A stretch of DNA of 42,579 nt. Origin: Octopus bimaculoides (taxonomy: Eukaryota). Shown piece after piece: positions 1 through 12,850 of the stretch. Both the position numbers and the translations under genes were made by a program. The notes beneath the pieces are model-generated. The model worked only from the letters and a program-made list of their open reading frames with translations. It was not told the origin of the DNA and searched no databases. Every line of letters begins with the position of its first letter. Position 1 is the stretch's first letter. Location of the stretch: NCBI RefSeq assembly GCF_001194135.2, contig NC_068982.1, positions 24,682,822 through 24,725,400 of the forward strand, in the 5' to 3' direction.

Positions 1-1500
1 ATATATATATATATATACACACACACACACGGTCATTTGTTTCTTTGGGGTATGCGTACGTTCGAAATCAACATTCACTCATTTTAATTTCACATTTCCG
101 TATTTGAAGCTAAGCGGAAATAGAACGGAAGACGTTATGAATCTCAGAAGGATGAGAAATATTTGTTCAATCTCGCAATTTTGAGCAAAAAAAAATTCTA
201 AACATTTTATAAATTATATCTCCGATTTACACGTGAATTTTGCAGGATTAGATGTCAGATTCTCTTTCTCGGCCTTATATTATGGCATTTGTAAAAGAAA
301 ATATATATGTTTAGATTCTATGTTTACGTGTATCAAAGCACTCACTCTCAGCACATGAACCATTATTTGAATTAGAAGGGTAAATTAAAAAGATCACAGG
401 GAAATAGCTGTTACACTAATAATTATTCAACCAATGCATCAAAGCAATGCCTAAAACATCAAAGACTCATCCCAGTTTGTGAAAGTTTCTTCAAACTGGA
501 TTCATTTTATAAAATACATAAGAAAAGCAAGCAACAAAACAAAAATTATCATTTGAATATGATAAAATTCCATTTGTATTATTATCATTATTTCTTTTTA
601 ATTTTTTTGCAGTGTGTTGATGCACAACATTTTTTTTTTCAGTGAAAATATTAATGCAAATCAACACATTTATGTCACCCTTTCAATTTGCTTAAACTAA
701 TGTGATTAAATTGCTAATAAAGTTATTGCAGAAAACATGATTTTATAACAGGATTATGAAGCGTTCTTGTACGACTTGACAGTGATTCATATGTCAATAT
801 TCTCAATCTGATAATACTGTTCAAATTGATTATATAATGTAAAAGGATCCCATCACATTACTTTCTAGAAAACTCGTTTTTTTTTTTAAACTAGGTCTCA
901 TGTAAAGATACAGATTATCATCAAAATATAAATTTCACTTAGGAACACCGAACACAACACACCACCGATGACAAATCCTAAAAGAAATTTAGAAATAATT
1001 TTGGTTAACTTCAAAATAAACATAGTAACTTTTCGGTTAACTTGAGATTTTTGTTGGCATTCATGATTTGAAATTAAACTTTATACCAAAGTATTAAGAA
1101 CAAAAAGTTCTAACATGAAACATGTAATATGATGAAATTATAATCCATGACATACGATATAGCATGCATTAGTCAAACGACAATGTACAAATGACCTCTG
1201 AATGAAGCTCAACAAGACATACCCTAAATTGAACTAAACACTATGGAATACGACAAAATTGTGTTTAAGATGTATAAATTCATAGATGCGAACCCGTTTA
1301 AAAGGTGGTTTTAGTAATCAAATTGTAAAATTATCAGTATTTGCCAATCCTAAAATGCCAATAATTTCACAATAAATTTGAACATAAATTTGAGTATTCC
1401 TGTGCAAACATTTAAAAGACCAATAAAACCTTTTTGCCTCCGAGCTTGTGTTACTGGAATTATTTTCTGTGCCTGTTGTGTTGTAAAGCAAATTTATGTT

Positions 1501-1574
1501 CGTGTGTGTCCTCGCGCGCGTGTGTGTGTGTGTATGTGTGTGTGTGTGTGTGCGCGCGCGCGCGTGTGTGTGTG
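1501..1574. repeat. (GT)n/(CG)n alternating purine-pyrimidine microsatellite
   Basis: cgcgcgcgtgtgtg...tgcgcgcgcgcgcgtgtgtg read directly. Confidence 0.95.
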
Positions 1575-1893
1575 ATTAAATAGAAGTCAACATATTCTCA
1601 ATCAGATGAGTGATCTTAGAAGTATTTAAGTAATATTTTTACATATTGATGAAATTTAATTATATATTCTTGCCTTGCAATGAAATTAGACTTAGTCTCT
1701 CGCTAATATCAGCATGTCAGTAACATTTTTATAACGTGCAAGTATATTTATTCTTGAAATTTTAAATGTTTTTATGGAAATACACATACGTGGCTTTTCT
1801 GGATTATGAAGAATGTAACAAATATCAACGTAAATCAACGTAAAAGTTACTATTTGGTAACATTTTCTTTCGTTAATATATTTTTGTGTTTAC

Positions 1894-2100
1894 CTGCCAT
1901 AACACATTTTGATGTGGACAGTTTTGGATTGGAGTCATCAACAATACAGAACACGCGGTCTGTTAGCCATCAAATCATACTGCGTCATTCTGAAAGTAGA
2001 GAGCTGTGTTGTCTATTGCTGTCCGGAAATCAAAGCACAGGTTAGATCTGGAATAGTTTGACGGTGGATTTACTCGTTTATTTGTGCAGTCGGTGACTAC
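1894..2100 (-). other. Candidate non-coding or UTR exon (207 nt)
   Basis: Minus-strand acceptor tttcttttctgttacatag|G at 2100 and donor GGCAG|gtaaac at 1894; GC-elevated island; all three frames contain stops. Confidence 0.2.
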
Positions 2101-2672
2101 CTATGTAACAGAAAAGAAAGAATATGCTTCCTGAAAGCTGTGTTATTATTTTTTTTCTTCTGCATAAACTGAGAGAAATATTAACATCAGGAATGTATTT
2201 GGTCACATCATTCATTTTATAAACTACCTTTGTTTACATATCTCATTAATTTAGACCCTACTACATACAACAACGACAATAATAAACAGATCTCAACCAA
2301 ATGCCCTTATAAAACTAACTTTCCCGAAGCTATAAGGAGTAATATACTACAGTGATTTATGCCGTCTTTAGAACTAAATTTAACATTCCCTCACAAGGTT
2401 TTTATGTCACTTTCACTAAGATTCTATGCCAGTCTCCAAATATAGACATATATTTCAGAGAATAGATGTTTCCAAGACCGACAGATAACCTTCTAAAATT
2501 CGTCAAAATCTACTGAGAATACAAGTTCACTATTCTTGTGTATCTTATATAATCATAACAATGCTTGAAAGTGCTGTTTCCATTCTTTACATTTCTATAA
2601 ACACGATATTCAGAACTAAAAATGTTCATACATACACCGGCTTACTCGCGTTTTTTCGTGAATTCCAGTTAG

Positions 2673-2743
2673 ATATTTTTCGTGGCATCTGAGATGCATA
2701 CCTATTTACCTGTGCAAAAATCATACTATGATGTTTTTATCTG
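2673..2743 (+). CDS. Weak candidate internal exon (IFFVASEMHTYLPVQKSYYDVFI)
   Basis: Acceptor ttttttcgtgaattccagttag, donor CTG|gtgagt, open frame; no recognisable homology. Confidence 0.15.
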
Positions 2744-2995
2744 GTGAGTAGTTACATCCTAAAAGATCTAAATACATTTTTCCATAACCCTCAAATTGAT
2801 ACACACAAGCAACGTTATTTCAAATTTAAAATATTTTTCAAATTAAAACATTGCAAGTTAAAATATTCACATCACTCAGTTTGTTTAATTGCATTCGAGT
2901 ACTAAAATTTAATTTAAATAATAATTTATGCACAGAAAGTTATTTAATATGACAAAAAGGACAGTAATAATAAACTAAATGGTTTAAATACAATA

Positions 2996-3227
2996 TGGCG
3001 GTGAGCTGGCAGAATCGTCAGCACACCGGGCGAAATGCTTAGCGGTATTTCGTCTGTCTTTACGTTCTGAGTTCAAATTCCGCCGAGGTCGACTTTGCCT
3101 TTCATTCTTTCGGGGTCGATAAATTAAGTACCAGTTACGCACTGGGGTCGATGTAATCGACTTAATCTATTTGTCTGTCCTTGTTTGTCCCCTCTATGTT
3201 TAGCCCCTTGTGGGCAATAAAGAAGTA
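2996..3227 (+). mobile_element. tRNA-derived SINE with 19-bp TSD
   Basis: Head ggcggtgagctggcagaat (A-box-like) and gagttcaaattcc (B-box); flanked by identical aaatggtttaaatacaata at 2977-2995 and 3228-3246. Confidence 0.9.
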
Positions 3228-3282
3228 AAATGGTTTAAATACAATAATATACTTATACACATATAATATTTTATCTTTTATC

Positions 3283-3330
3283 TCATCCTTGCTTCAGTCA
3301 TTTGACTGCGGCCATGCAACAGCACCTTAT
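3283..3330 (-). mobile_element. Short fragment of the second SINE family
   Basis: ttcagtcatttgactgcggccatgc matches ttcagtcatttgactgcagccatgc at ~4924-4948. Confidence 0.7.
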
Positions 3331-4899
3331 CAAATAATTTTTAGCAGAATGAATTTATAACAATCCATATTTTAACAAACCTACTACTTACTGCATCAGT
3401 TTCTTTTACGGAATTGCTAAGTAAAGGAAACGTAAATACAACAATACCGCTTGTCAAGTGGTTGTAGGGACCAACCACAAAGAGAAATGCAAAGAGCACA
3501 CGCATATACACAAACGCACACGCACAAACACACACAAAAACACACATACATACATGCATATATATATATATANNNNNNNNNNNNNNNNNNNNNNNNNNNN
3601 NNNNNNNNNNNNNNNNNNNNNNNNNNNNNNNNNNNNNNNNNNNNNNNNNNNNNNNNNNNNNNNNNNNNNNNNNNNNNNNNNNNNNNNNNNNNNNNNNNNN
3701 NNNNNNNNNNNNNNNNNNNNNNNNNNNNNNNNNNNNNNNNNNNNNNNNNNNNNNNNNNNNNNNNNNNNNNNNNNNNNNNNNNNNNNNNNNNNNNNNNNNN
3801 NNNNNNNNNNNNNNNNNNNNNNNNNNNNNNNNNNNNNNNNNNNNNNNNNNNNNNNNNNNNNNNNNNNNNNNNNNNNNNNNNNNNNNNNNNNNNNNNNNNN
3901 NNNNNNNNNNNNNNGTATATGTATGTATATAGGTATGTATGTATGTATGTATACATATATAGATATATATTGAGAGAGAGAAAGACAAACACGTGCAGAT
4001 ATACAATTATTCTATTTAAACTGTATAAACTCTTTATATGATTTTTTTGTGTCAGACTCAATAAGATTCCTGGCATATATATTTCTTTTATATATTTATA
4101 GGATAAATGGAGATATATTTCAAAATATTATAACTTATTTAATCTTTTTTCTTGAGCGTTCTATTATCTGTAGATATAAATTCAACAGAAAAGATATATC
4201 CAAAATCATATTTCATTTATAATCCGATCAATATATGTTTATGCTTAGTATAAGTTTCCTTTTTAACCTTTAATCGTCTTCTATCACTTCTTTGAAGATT
4301 CTTTTAATGCAGTTTTAAGTTGACGCAATGAAATATATTTTTAAGTAAGCAATAATTGTTTTTTTTTAAATATATTCCATACTCGATAGTAAATATTTAC
4401 CTAATATATATTTTTAACAATTGTATTAATGTTGACCCTTTTCTTTTTGAAATGAGCCTTAGATAACCTGAGAAAGTCTTCTGCAAGACTTCTGATGCAG
4501 GAACATCAACATTTTCGAAATCATTTTGATGGAAATATAAGCAATAATAAAATATAGACGTCGAAATGGAAGAGGAAGTGAAATACATCTTGTATTATTT
4601 CGAATAATTATATAAAATATATATCACTAGACACACACACTGTTTTGAATCGAGGAAAGCAAGCTAACAGATTTTTTTTTAATGTGTTATCTATGTATCA
4701 GACCGATTTCAGGATCAATCCAAAGGAGTCGTCCTCCGTCAGATGAAGGTGGCTTTATTGAATAACATTGTAGAATAGAAGGTTTATTTTTATCCTCATA
4801 GCATTTTTTGATAAATTATTTGTTATTATATATCTGTTTTTTGATAAACATAAATCTGTCCTCAAATATCTTACGCAGCCTGTATATATGTGTATAGTC

Positions 4900-5161
4900 T
4901 TACTCTTTTACTCTTTTACTTGTTTCAGTCATTTGACTGCAGCCATGCTGGAGCACCGCCTTTAGTCGAATAAATCGCCCCCCAGGACTTATTCTTTGAA
5001 AGCCTAGTACTTATTCTATCGGTTCATTTGCCGAACCGCTAGTTTACGGGGACTTAAACCCACCACCATCGGTTGCCAAGCGATATTGGGGGGGGGGACA
5101 CAAACACACAAATATATACACAAACATACATATATATATATGTACATATATATATATATGT
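4900..5161 (-). mobile_element. Composite SINE body plus microsatellite (head lost in the gap)
   Basis: ~5025-5110 is the reverse complement of ~16640-16730 (cccccaccatcgcttgacagccgatg...cttagcagttcggca), which follows a tRNA-like head. Confidence 0.8.
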
Positions 5162-5542
5162 NNNNNNNNNNNNNNNNNNNNNNNNNNNNNNNNNNNNNNN
5201 NNNNNNNNNNNNNNNNNNNNNNNNNNNNNNNNNNNNNNNNNNNNNNNNNNNNNNNNNNNNNNNNNNNNNNNNNNNNNNNNNNNNNNNNNNNNNNNNNNNN
5301 NNNNNNNNNNNNNNNNNNNNNNNNNNNNNNNNNNNNNNNNNNNNNNNNNNNNNNNNNNNNNNNNNNNNNNNNNNNNNNNNNNNNNNNNNNNNNNNNNNNN
5401 NNNNNNNNNNNNNNNNNNNNNNNNNNNNNNNNNNNNNNNNNNNNNNNNNNNNNNNNNNNNNNNNNNNNNNNNNNNNNNNNNNNNNNNNNNNNNNNNNNNN
5501 NNNNNNNNNNNNNNNNNNNNNNNNNNNNNNNNNNNNNNNNNN

Positions 5543-6319
5543 CTTGAAATACGAAAGTGTACATTTATTTGATAAAATCGCCAATGATTTCAACCACAGC
5601 CTCCCGCCGCCTTTGGAAACACCTGCAACTCTTCTGGACGGTTTCCTTTTATAAGTTGGTGAATGCTGCTTTCTGTTAATCTTTGGTGCTACAAGGAGTT
5701 GTTTTGGTCTCTCGCTCAAATGCGCCCCACACATTATAATCAAGAGAATTGCAGTCTGGGGAGTCCGGTGAACAGATTTTCGTGGGTGATGTTGCCGCAG
5801 AAAGTGTCTGACAGTCATGACTGTGTTCCCCAGCTTGTGTGTCTTGGTGCAGATTCCTGTTACCAGACATTCGGTCTTACAGCAGTCACTGTCCTTACCC
5901 AGGACAGAGCGACCTCTTCCAGGAACTTGATGTAGGTCTTCTCATTGAGTGTGAGGCCGTGTGGGACGATGAATGGAACCATAACGTCACGATCCCTAGT
6001 GATCACTTCAAACATATGATGTTGACTGGAAATGTGATCTTTATCACACTCGGTACATGTCTTCAGACTGCACTGTCTTCAGATTGGCAACCGAATACAC
6101 TGAATTATTAGTATTGGAGCTTCCGGCACGAATTTGAAGCGGTAGAGCATGTCGTTTCCAAATTTCTGAGAGTGAATTGCTTCATGGTGCTGTTTTTCTC
6201 ACAGACGCTGCCCAACTGATCCTACTATACTGTGTAGTCGACAAAATCAAAAATAAACAATGCACATACGCAAAATAAAAATATATAAAATTGCGACAAA
6301 TTACCCATGTCACCCTGTA
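5543..6319 (-). mobile_element. Decayed Tc1/mariner (maT/DD37D-like) transposon
   Basis: Minus ORF 5676-5870 KICSPDSPDCNSLDYNVWGAFERETK matches the WPPxSPDLNPLDYxxW catalytic block; terminal TA|CAGGGTG at 6319-6311. Confidence 0.85.
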
Positions 6320-8372
6320 CACACACACACACACACATACACATATAAATGAGTAACAGAGATGTAGAATTTTGAATTCACTGTAGCCGTTTCAGGCAAC
6401 TCACTTAATTCATTAATGAAAACATTACATAATTTCAATGAAACTGTTCTCCTCTAACCGCATAGATTTCAAATATAAAATATACAACTATTTCCTCAAC
6501 ATATTCATATCAATAATGGAACTCAAAATATTTACATTGTTTTTTATGACATATCTGTGACAGAATAAGTTTAGAAAATAATGCCTTCCTTCTGAACTCT
6601 ACTATAATTTAGAGAGTAACAGAGGAAATAGGTGGGTTGCGCTGTGTGCACCCATGGCAGGAATATTAGGTACAAACATTGCTGCACGTAGGCTTAGTAT
6701 TCAAAATTCAATTATTCCGACCTAGTAAGGTGCCTCAATTTAAGTACATAATTCAACGGAATCTTAATTATATATATNNNNNNNNNNNNNNNNNNNNNNN
6801 NNNNNNNNNNNNNNNNNNNNNNNNNNNNNNNNNNNNNNNNNNNNNNNNNNNNNNNNNNNNNNNNNNNNNNNNNNNNNNNNNNNNNNNNNNNNNNNNNNNN
6901 NNNNNNNNNNNNNNNNNNNNNNNNNNNNNNNNNNNNNNNNNNNNNNNNNNNNNNNNNNNNNNNNNNNNNNNNNNNNNNNNNNNNNNNNNNNNNNNNNNNN
7001 NNNNNNNNNNNNNNNNNNNNNNNNNNNNNNNNNNNNNNNNNNNNNNNNNNNNNNNNNNNNNNNNNNNNNNNNNNNNNNNNNNNNNNNNNNNNNNNNNNNN
7101 NNNNNNNNNNNNNNNNNNNNNNNNNNNNNNNNNNNNNNNNNNNNNNNNNNNNNNNNNNNNNNNNNNNNNNNNNNNNNNNNNNNNNNNNNNNNNNNNNNNN
7201 NNNNNNNNNNNNNNNNNNNNNNNNNNNNNNNNNNNNNNNNNNNNNNNNNNNNNNNNNNNNNNNNNNNNNNNNNNNNNNNNNNNNNNNNNNNNNNNNNNNN
7301 NNNNNNNNNNNNNNNNNNNNNNNNNNNNNNNNNNNNNNNNNNNNNNNNNNNNNNNNNNNNNNNNNNNNNNNNNNNNNNNNNNNNNNNNNNNNNNNNNNNN
7401 NNNNNNNNNNNNNNNNNNNNNNNNNNNNNATATATATATATGTGTGTATGTATATATGTATGCATGCATGTGTATGTGCACGCTCACATGCATACACACA
7501 AACGTATATTTGGATGGACAACAGCTATAATTGTGAAAAGTATTATTACCGTACTACCCTGCCTTTGGTGTTGAATACACTATGGTATATTTTACAACGT
7601 TCAACATAAAGCAATTTTATGGTTTTGATGGAAACATTAATTCTTACCTTCAGGATTTACATCAATTTTATATAGCTTCCCATAAGTAATTCTTCTACCT
7701 TCCTAGCAGAAATTAATGTCATTACAAGATGTCAGCTGAATAAAATATAAAGTTTCTTAGAAACTTATAAATCCATGAGCGATGCATTACTCGAGCTACT
7801 TCTAATCTATTATCATGATGATTTATATCTTCCGATTATACCATGATAAATTTGTTCCAATATAAAGAACCTGTTACAAATTACTCATAAATATCTTTTC
7901 GTTGTCTTTCTAACGTTGATTACAGTATGAAATTCTTAATTTGGGTCTAGCATATAAAGTCAAGGACATTACAATTTGCTCACATGTTAAGATAAGAGTC
8001 GATGCGGGATATAGAAGCGGATTTTTTTTTTTTTATCGAAATGTCAAAGGATTATAAAAAGAATATTCACTATACTTCCTAAACAGACAGAGATGCAATT
8101 TTCTTTACTTATGTAGATTGTTATCGATTCTACGATTTTGTATTGGTGTAATAAAATGTATTTCTGCATGCAAACAACTGAAAGTGACGAGAATTTGCAA
8201 AAACCAATAATTTTTTATGAGAAATAAACGAATTCCAGAAAACAACATTTTAAAAGGGCTTACTTGTTTATATAAGTGAGTTTCTTTGTCTCATGAAGTT
8301 TAGAGTTGTTATATATAGAAGGCAAGAACTTTTAATGACAACATTATACGTCCCAGTGAGATGAGGACATTT

Positions 8373-8373
<1 letters not shown>

Positions 8374-8404
<31 letters not shown>

Positions 8405-8530
8405 GCTGCTGTTGCTGCTACTGCTGATGCTGCGGCTGCTACTGATGCTGATGCTGATGCCAATGCTGGTGCTTCCTCTAGTACACATTCTGCTGCTGGT
8501 GTTGTTACTGCTGCTATTGCTGCTGCTACT
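8374..8530. repeat. (CTA)n/(CTG)n compound trinucleotide repeat
   Basis: Direct; produces the poly-Leu and poly-Ser pseudo-ORFs. Confidence 0.9.
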
Positions 8531-9149
8531 TTTCAATGAAAATGACCCGATGTCGGCGAAATTATACATATTTATTCGTCTCACATTTTACAAAAGGCTA
8601 GTTCTAAAATGCTGCACACGAACGGGAATGAGAATATCACAAAAATAATATACTAAAAATGAGATAAATTTATGCGCCTGTACTACAGTAGAATCCTCTG
8701 GATGAAAATTTGTAAATGTCTCAAATATACAGGAAAATCTTGCAAATCTTTCTCATATCTTCATATTTTGCTGGGAGACAAGGCAATGTGTTCGATTAGA
8801 AAATCAATAGAAGTAAGGGCAGAGAGAGAAAGGTGTATAGGGAAAGCGGTCCTATACTAAACGGGTAACTATTTTTTTCCAAAATGTGAATGGAATCAGG
8901 CCATATAGTGTTTTGATGATTTGGTTGTCTTTAACAGATATGGTTAGATTAGAAGTAGTGGTTTGAACCAGCTTTCGCAATTTTAATTACTCCGGAATCG
9001 CAGTTCCCAGATATCGACGAACTCTTAACTACCATAAAGAAAACACCTTCCAAGGACTCCATTTACAAGCAAACCCTAACATATTCTTGCAAGGAAGAAA
9101 TCAAAATATGGGGTTTATTGTTTTTATTCTTATTATTAATGCAATTGAT

Positions 9150-9567
9150 GCTGGCTAAGTTATGCCTGAGACTCTAACCTATCTTTATTGCTCTACTATT
9201 AATAAATTTCGAATACCTGCTATTCTTATCAAAGGGTTTATTTATAATTAAATATTAGCTTAGCCTAGTCGGTTTTTATTTAGATCGCACATGGGAGTAT
9301 GAGCCAGTTAATGTCTCTCATTTTTTTCTGGTTATCTTACCGAACGACACATGTTTATAGCTGTTAGAGTGATTCATGTGGCGTATATATTTATTATCAT
9401 TAATCTTGTTACCTAAGCTACGCGCGTAAATACCGCCATTAGTGATGCGAGGACTCGACTTCTGCAAATAATGCTTTGAGTTATTACTGTAGTCCTCATG
9501 ATTAGTGGATTTGTTTGCATCATTCATACTTCGTCTAATTCCCCCCTTTTATTATCAGTTGTATTTC

Positions 9568-9654
<87 letters not shown>

Positions 9655-10470
9655 CATAGTTCTTCTTAATGTTGCTAGTTCCAATTCTGTTAGTGCCGTT
9701 TGCTATAGGTTTCTGTGTTATATTAATTAATTTATGTATATTTCTATGTTCTGTATTATTGCAATTAAAGTTGTCAATATTGTTCCTATTTGTTGCATTT
9801 GTGTATGGGATATATCTAATTCTACCTCTTGTGTCCTGCATCTTTAAGTGCCTTATAATATTTATCTTAATGTTTATTAAATAAGTCCTCATGGGAAGAG
9901 AGATAAGTAATTCTTTTACTAATGCCCTTTATAAGAGCTTTTTTATAGACTGTGGATGATTACTTTGAGAGTTTATATATTTTAAGTTAGAATTAGGCTT
10001 CATGTAAGGTTAGTGTAAACTCGTATTTAAATTGAAATTAACGTCTAGGTAGTTGATAAGAGTAATTTTCATTTTCTATAGTAATGGGGAGGCCGAATCT
10101 ATTAAAAAAAATGTATAGGCGTTTCTTAAATAGTTCTAGGCGTCTATCAGAGATGTTTCTAATTGAAAAATGTGCATTATCCCTGTAGAGACCCCCACCA
10201 CACCCAAGTTCAGAGAATTCCTTGTTGATGTTGTCTAATAGGTATATTCCTACAAGGTCGGTCACATTCATTCCATAGTTATATCAAAGAAATCAAGGTT
10301 GTTCTTTCTAGCCCACGACTTATTATCAAATTGTACTAAATCGGATGTGCTATAAAAGATGAACATGAATTATTCTCATAATTCTCTTTGGTGGCACCAC
10401 TTGAGATTGGTAGCAGAAACGGCTGTGAGCAATATGAAGGTTTTGTATTTAAAAAATAATAAGCGATGGT
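9150..10470 (-). mobile_element. Penelope-like element: decayed RT, linker and GIY-YIG region
   Basis: FDNKSWARKNNLDFFDITM followed by TDLVGIYLLDNINKEF...GLYRDN...LELFKKRLYIFFNRFGLPITIE matches the PLE RT pattern FDVTMG...ELVGLYLL...GLYRDD...GLKITIE; frameshifts and stops present. Confidence 0.85.
9563..9655. repeat. (ATT)n microsatellite inside the PLE ORF (poly-Asn on minus strand)
   Basis: About 30 att units; in frame within minus ORF 9524-9892. Confidence 0.95.
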
Positions 10471-10824
10471 AGTCACTTTGTTTGTTAATCAAAAGTTTTC
10501 CCCATTTTCCGCTTCTTTTAAATTATATATATATATATATATNNNNNNNNNNNNNNNNNNNNNNNNNNNNNNNNNNNNNNNNNNNNNNNNNNNNNNNNNN
10601 NNNNNNNNNNNNNNNNNNNNNNNNNNNNNNNNNNNNNNNNNNNNNNNNNNNNNNNNNNNNNNNNNNNNTATATACGTTTATATATTCGTTCTGCAAGATT
10701 CTTGAAGTGAAATCGTGTGTTGAAACAGATATTGTGGTATTTGGGGATGGTCAAGTTGTCAGTTTAGCCAATAAATACACAAGCACTATATATATTTGGT
10801 GTTAATTTGCTTCAGCTTTATTTT

Positions 10825-10890
10825 AAGTTAATCATATTTCGGCCAGAGTTCTTTCGTTACACTTCTGTGACCTCATCAGTAGTCCTTTGC
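10825..10890 (-). ncRNA. Degenerate hammerhead ribozyme core in the PLE upstream/pLTR region
   Basis: Minus strand CTGATGA-GGTCA...TGGCC-GAAA (plus 10879-10837); stems I and III are not intact. Confidence 0.45.
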
Positions 10891-11214
10891 TTTCTTCTTT
10901 CTTATTTGTGTATCTCTCCTTACTAATGATCAGCCATTTTTAATTTGTATTCCTATTGTATGTGTCTTTATGTGCGCATGCGTCTCCCCCTATGTGTGCC
11001 TATATTTAGTAAGTGCGTGTGTGTGTATGGGAAGTGCCTGTATTATCTGTATCCCCTGTTTATACACGTTCGTTTATTTTGTTTTTTTTTATTTGTTCAT
11101 GTGTTTATGCCTACTTATTATCTTTTCTATTCTTTCTTTTTTGTTTCTATTTAATTTTATTTAATTTTGTTAGCGTATATAGTTATTTAATTCCATTTGT
11201 TTATCTCTGTATTG

Positions 11215-11405
11215 TATCATATTTTGTTCAATGATATCAACGTAGTGGTAAAAGCACTCCCACATGAGAGTACTCTTGAAATAGAAATAGAAACTAATAC
11301 TATGGAGAGCATCCAGCAAATACATAATTCCATCCACCAGAGTATTAAGATCACGATAGACTACCCTAATAAACACCTTAACCATAGACTACCAGTACTA
11401 GATAC
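11215..11405 (+). mobile_element. Penelope-type RT C-terminal fragment
   Basis: FNDINVVVK (decayed YVDD) ... IHNSIHQSIKITIDYPNKHLNHRLPVLD resembles PLE IANSIHPSIQxTVDYPS...LPILD. Confidence 0.65.
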
Positions 11406-12075
11406 AGAACTTACAGGTTACACTGGCCCAGGTGGGATTAAAATCCCAGAAACTAAATCAGTGCGTGACCTTGTTATCAACGTGAGTGATGATACCTCTT
11501 TCCAAGTGCACCTTACCAAAATGGCGACAAAGTGCAGATGGCTGACTGGCTGGATCTTAAGAAACTTCTAAACAGGAAAGAAAGAAAGAAACGATGGTGG
11601 TCCTTTGGAGGACACTCGTATTACGCTCATGGTCACCTCATGACGTAAAATTAGATGCATACCTTGAAGCAATCCAGCGGAACTTCACAAAGAAGGTCGT
11701 CTCATTGCAAAAGCTCAGCTACTGGGAAAGGCGGAAACAGCTAAGACTCTACTCACTGGAACGACGAAAGCGGGAGAGATATATAGTAATGTATATCTGG
11801 AAGATCCTGAAAGGGAATGTGCCAAAATTTGGCATTGAAACCTACACAAAGGCCAGAACGGGTCGCCACTGCACCTTGCCAAAGATCACAACAATGCCGT
11901 CGCTCACCATGACCTATTACTGCCACAACCCAGTTTTCAAGGGCCCACAACTTTTGAATATTCTCCCAATGAGCGTGAGGGACCTACACAAAGTAGATGT
12001 ACGTGTGTCCCAGATGAAACTGCCGCGTGGAAGGAGGCGCAAATGAGGGCAGCGACCTCAAACTGTTTTATTCAC
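11405..12075 (+). mobile_element. CR1-clade LINE ORF2 3' fragment (5'-truncated)
   Basis: VRDL...LEAIQRNFTKKVVSLQKLSYWERRKQLRLYSLERRKRERYIVMYIWKIL...VPDE...RAATSN, typical CR1/L2-group post-RT region. Confidence 0.85.
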
Positions 12076-12207
12076 TAAATTCACTAAATATCACAGTATT
12101 TTGCTCAGCAACACAACACGCCTCCCGTGCTAGGAAGTGAAATCACGGTCTAGCGAAAGTAAGTGCAACACCCAAAGTAACCCTTGCAGTGTCATATACA
12201 TCTCATC

Positions 12208-12239
<32 letters not shown>

Positions 12240-12241
<2 letters not shown>

Positions 12242-12850
12242 ACCTAGATCTACCGAGTCAGTATGATGAATAATGGAGTCAAAGTGCCAATTCTTGAATT
12301 ATGAGAGTGAAAGAGTGGACCACTTATTTTCTGGAAATAAATGTTTAGTACCCGCACAATATAAATGGAAACATGGCTGTGTTTGTCAATATCTACACTG
12401 ATTAATATGGTGGCATTATAAAATCAAAATTGTTGACAGGCTATATAAGCATCACACTGAGGCTGTAACTGAGCAAGAAAATGTAACGATATTTACGGAC
12501 CTCCAGTACAGACAAATTTACCAAAGCTAATAAAACGGATATTGTTGTAGAAAATAAAAAAATGATAAAGTCTGTTCATTGATCAACATGAATATACCTA
12601 GTGATCATAATATTTTGCCAAATGAATTTGTAGAACTCAGAAATTATAAAGGTTAGTTCATTAAAATGAAAACAATTTGGCATCTTAATGCTGTTATAAT
12701 ACCAGAGATAGTAGGAGCACTAGAAACGATCAAAAAGGGTACAATAAATTATTTGACAATGAACCCTGGCATACATCCCTGTAAAATTGGAGACGATTGT
12801 TTTAACTTGTACGTCACACGTATTAAGAAGAGCATTATCGCTGTGAAAAC
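12240..12850 (+). mobile_element. R4/Dong-type LINE 3' fragment (CCHC plus restriction-like endonuclease)
   Basis: DHLFSG...YKWKH, KANKTDIVV, MKTIWHLNAVIIPEIVGALETIKKG...HVLRRALSL*, matching RLE-clade PDIV...IDxxxP...IPVVxGALG. Confidence 0.8.

Noticed and set aside
8309-8648. Poly-Leu and poly-Ser ORFs, also VCVC/HTHT/IYIY ORFs elsewhere (e.g. 41244-41597)
   Set aside because: They are translations of microsatellites
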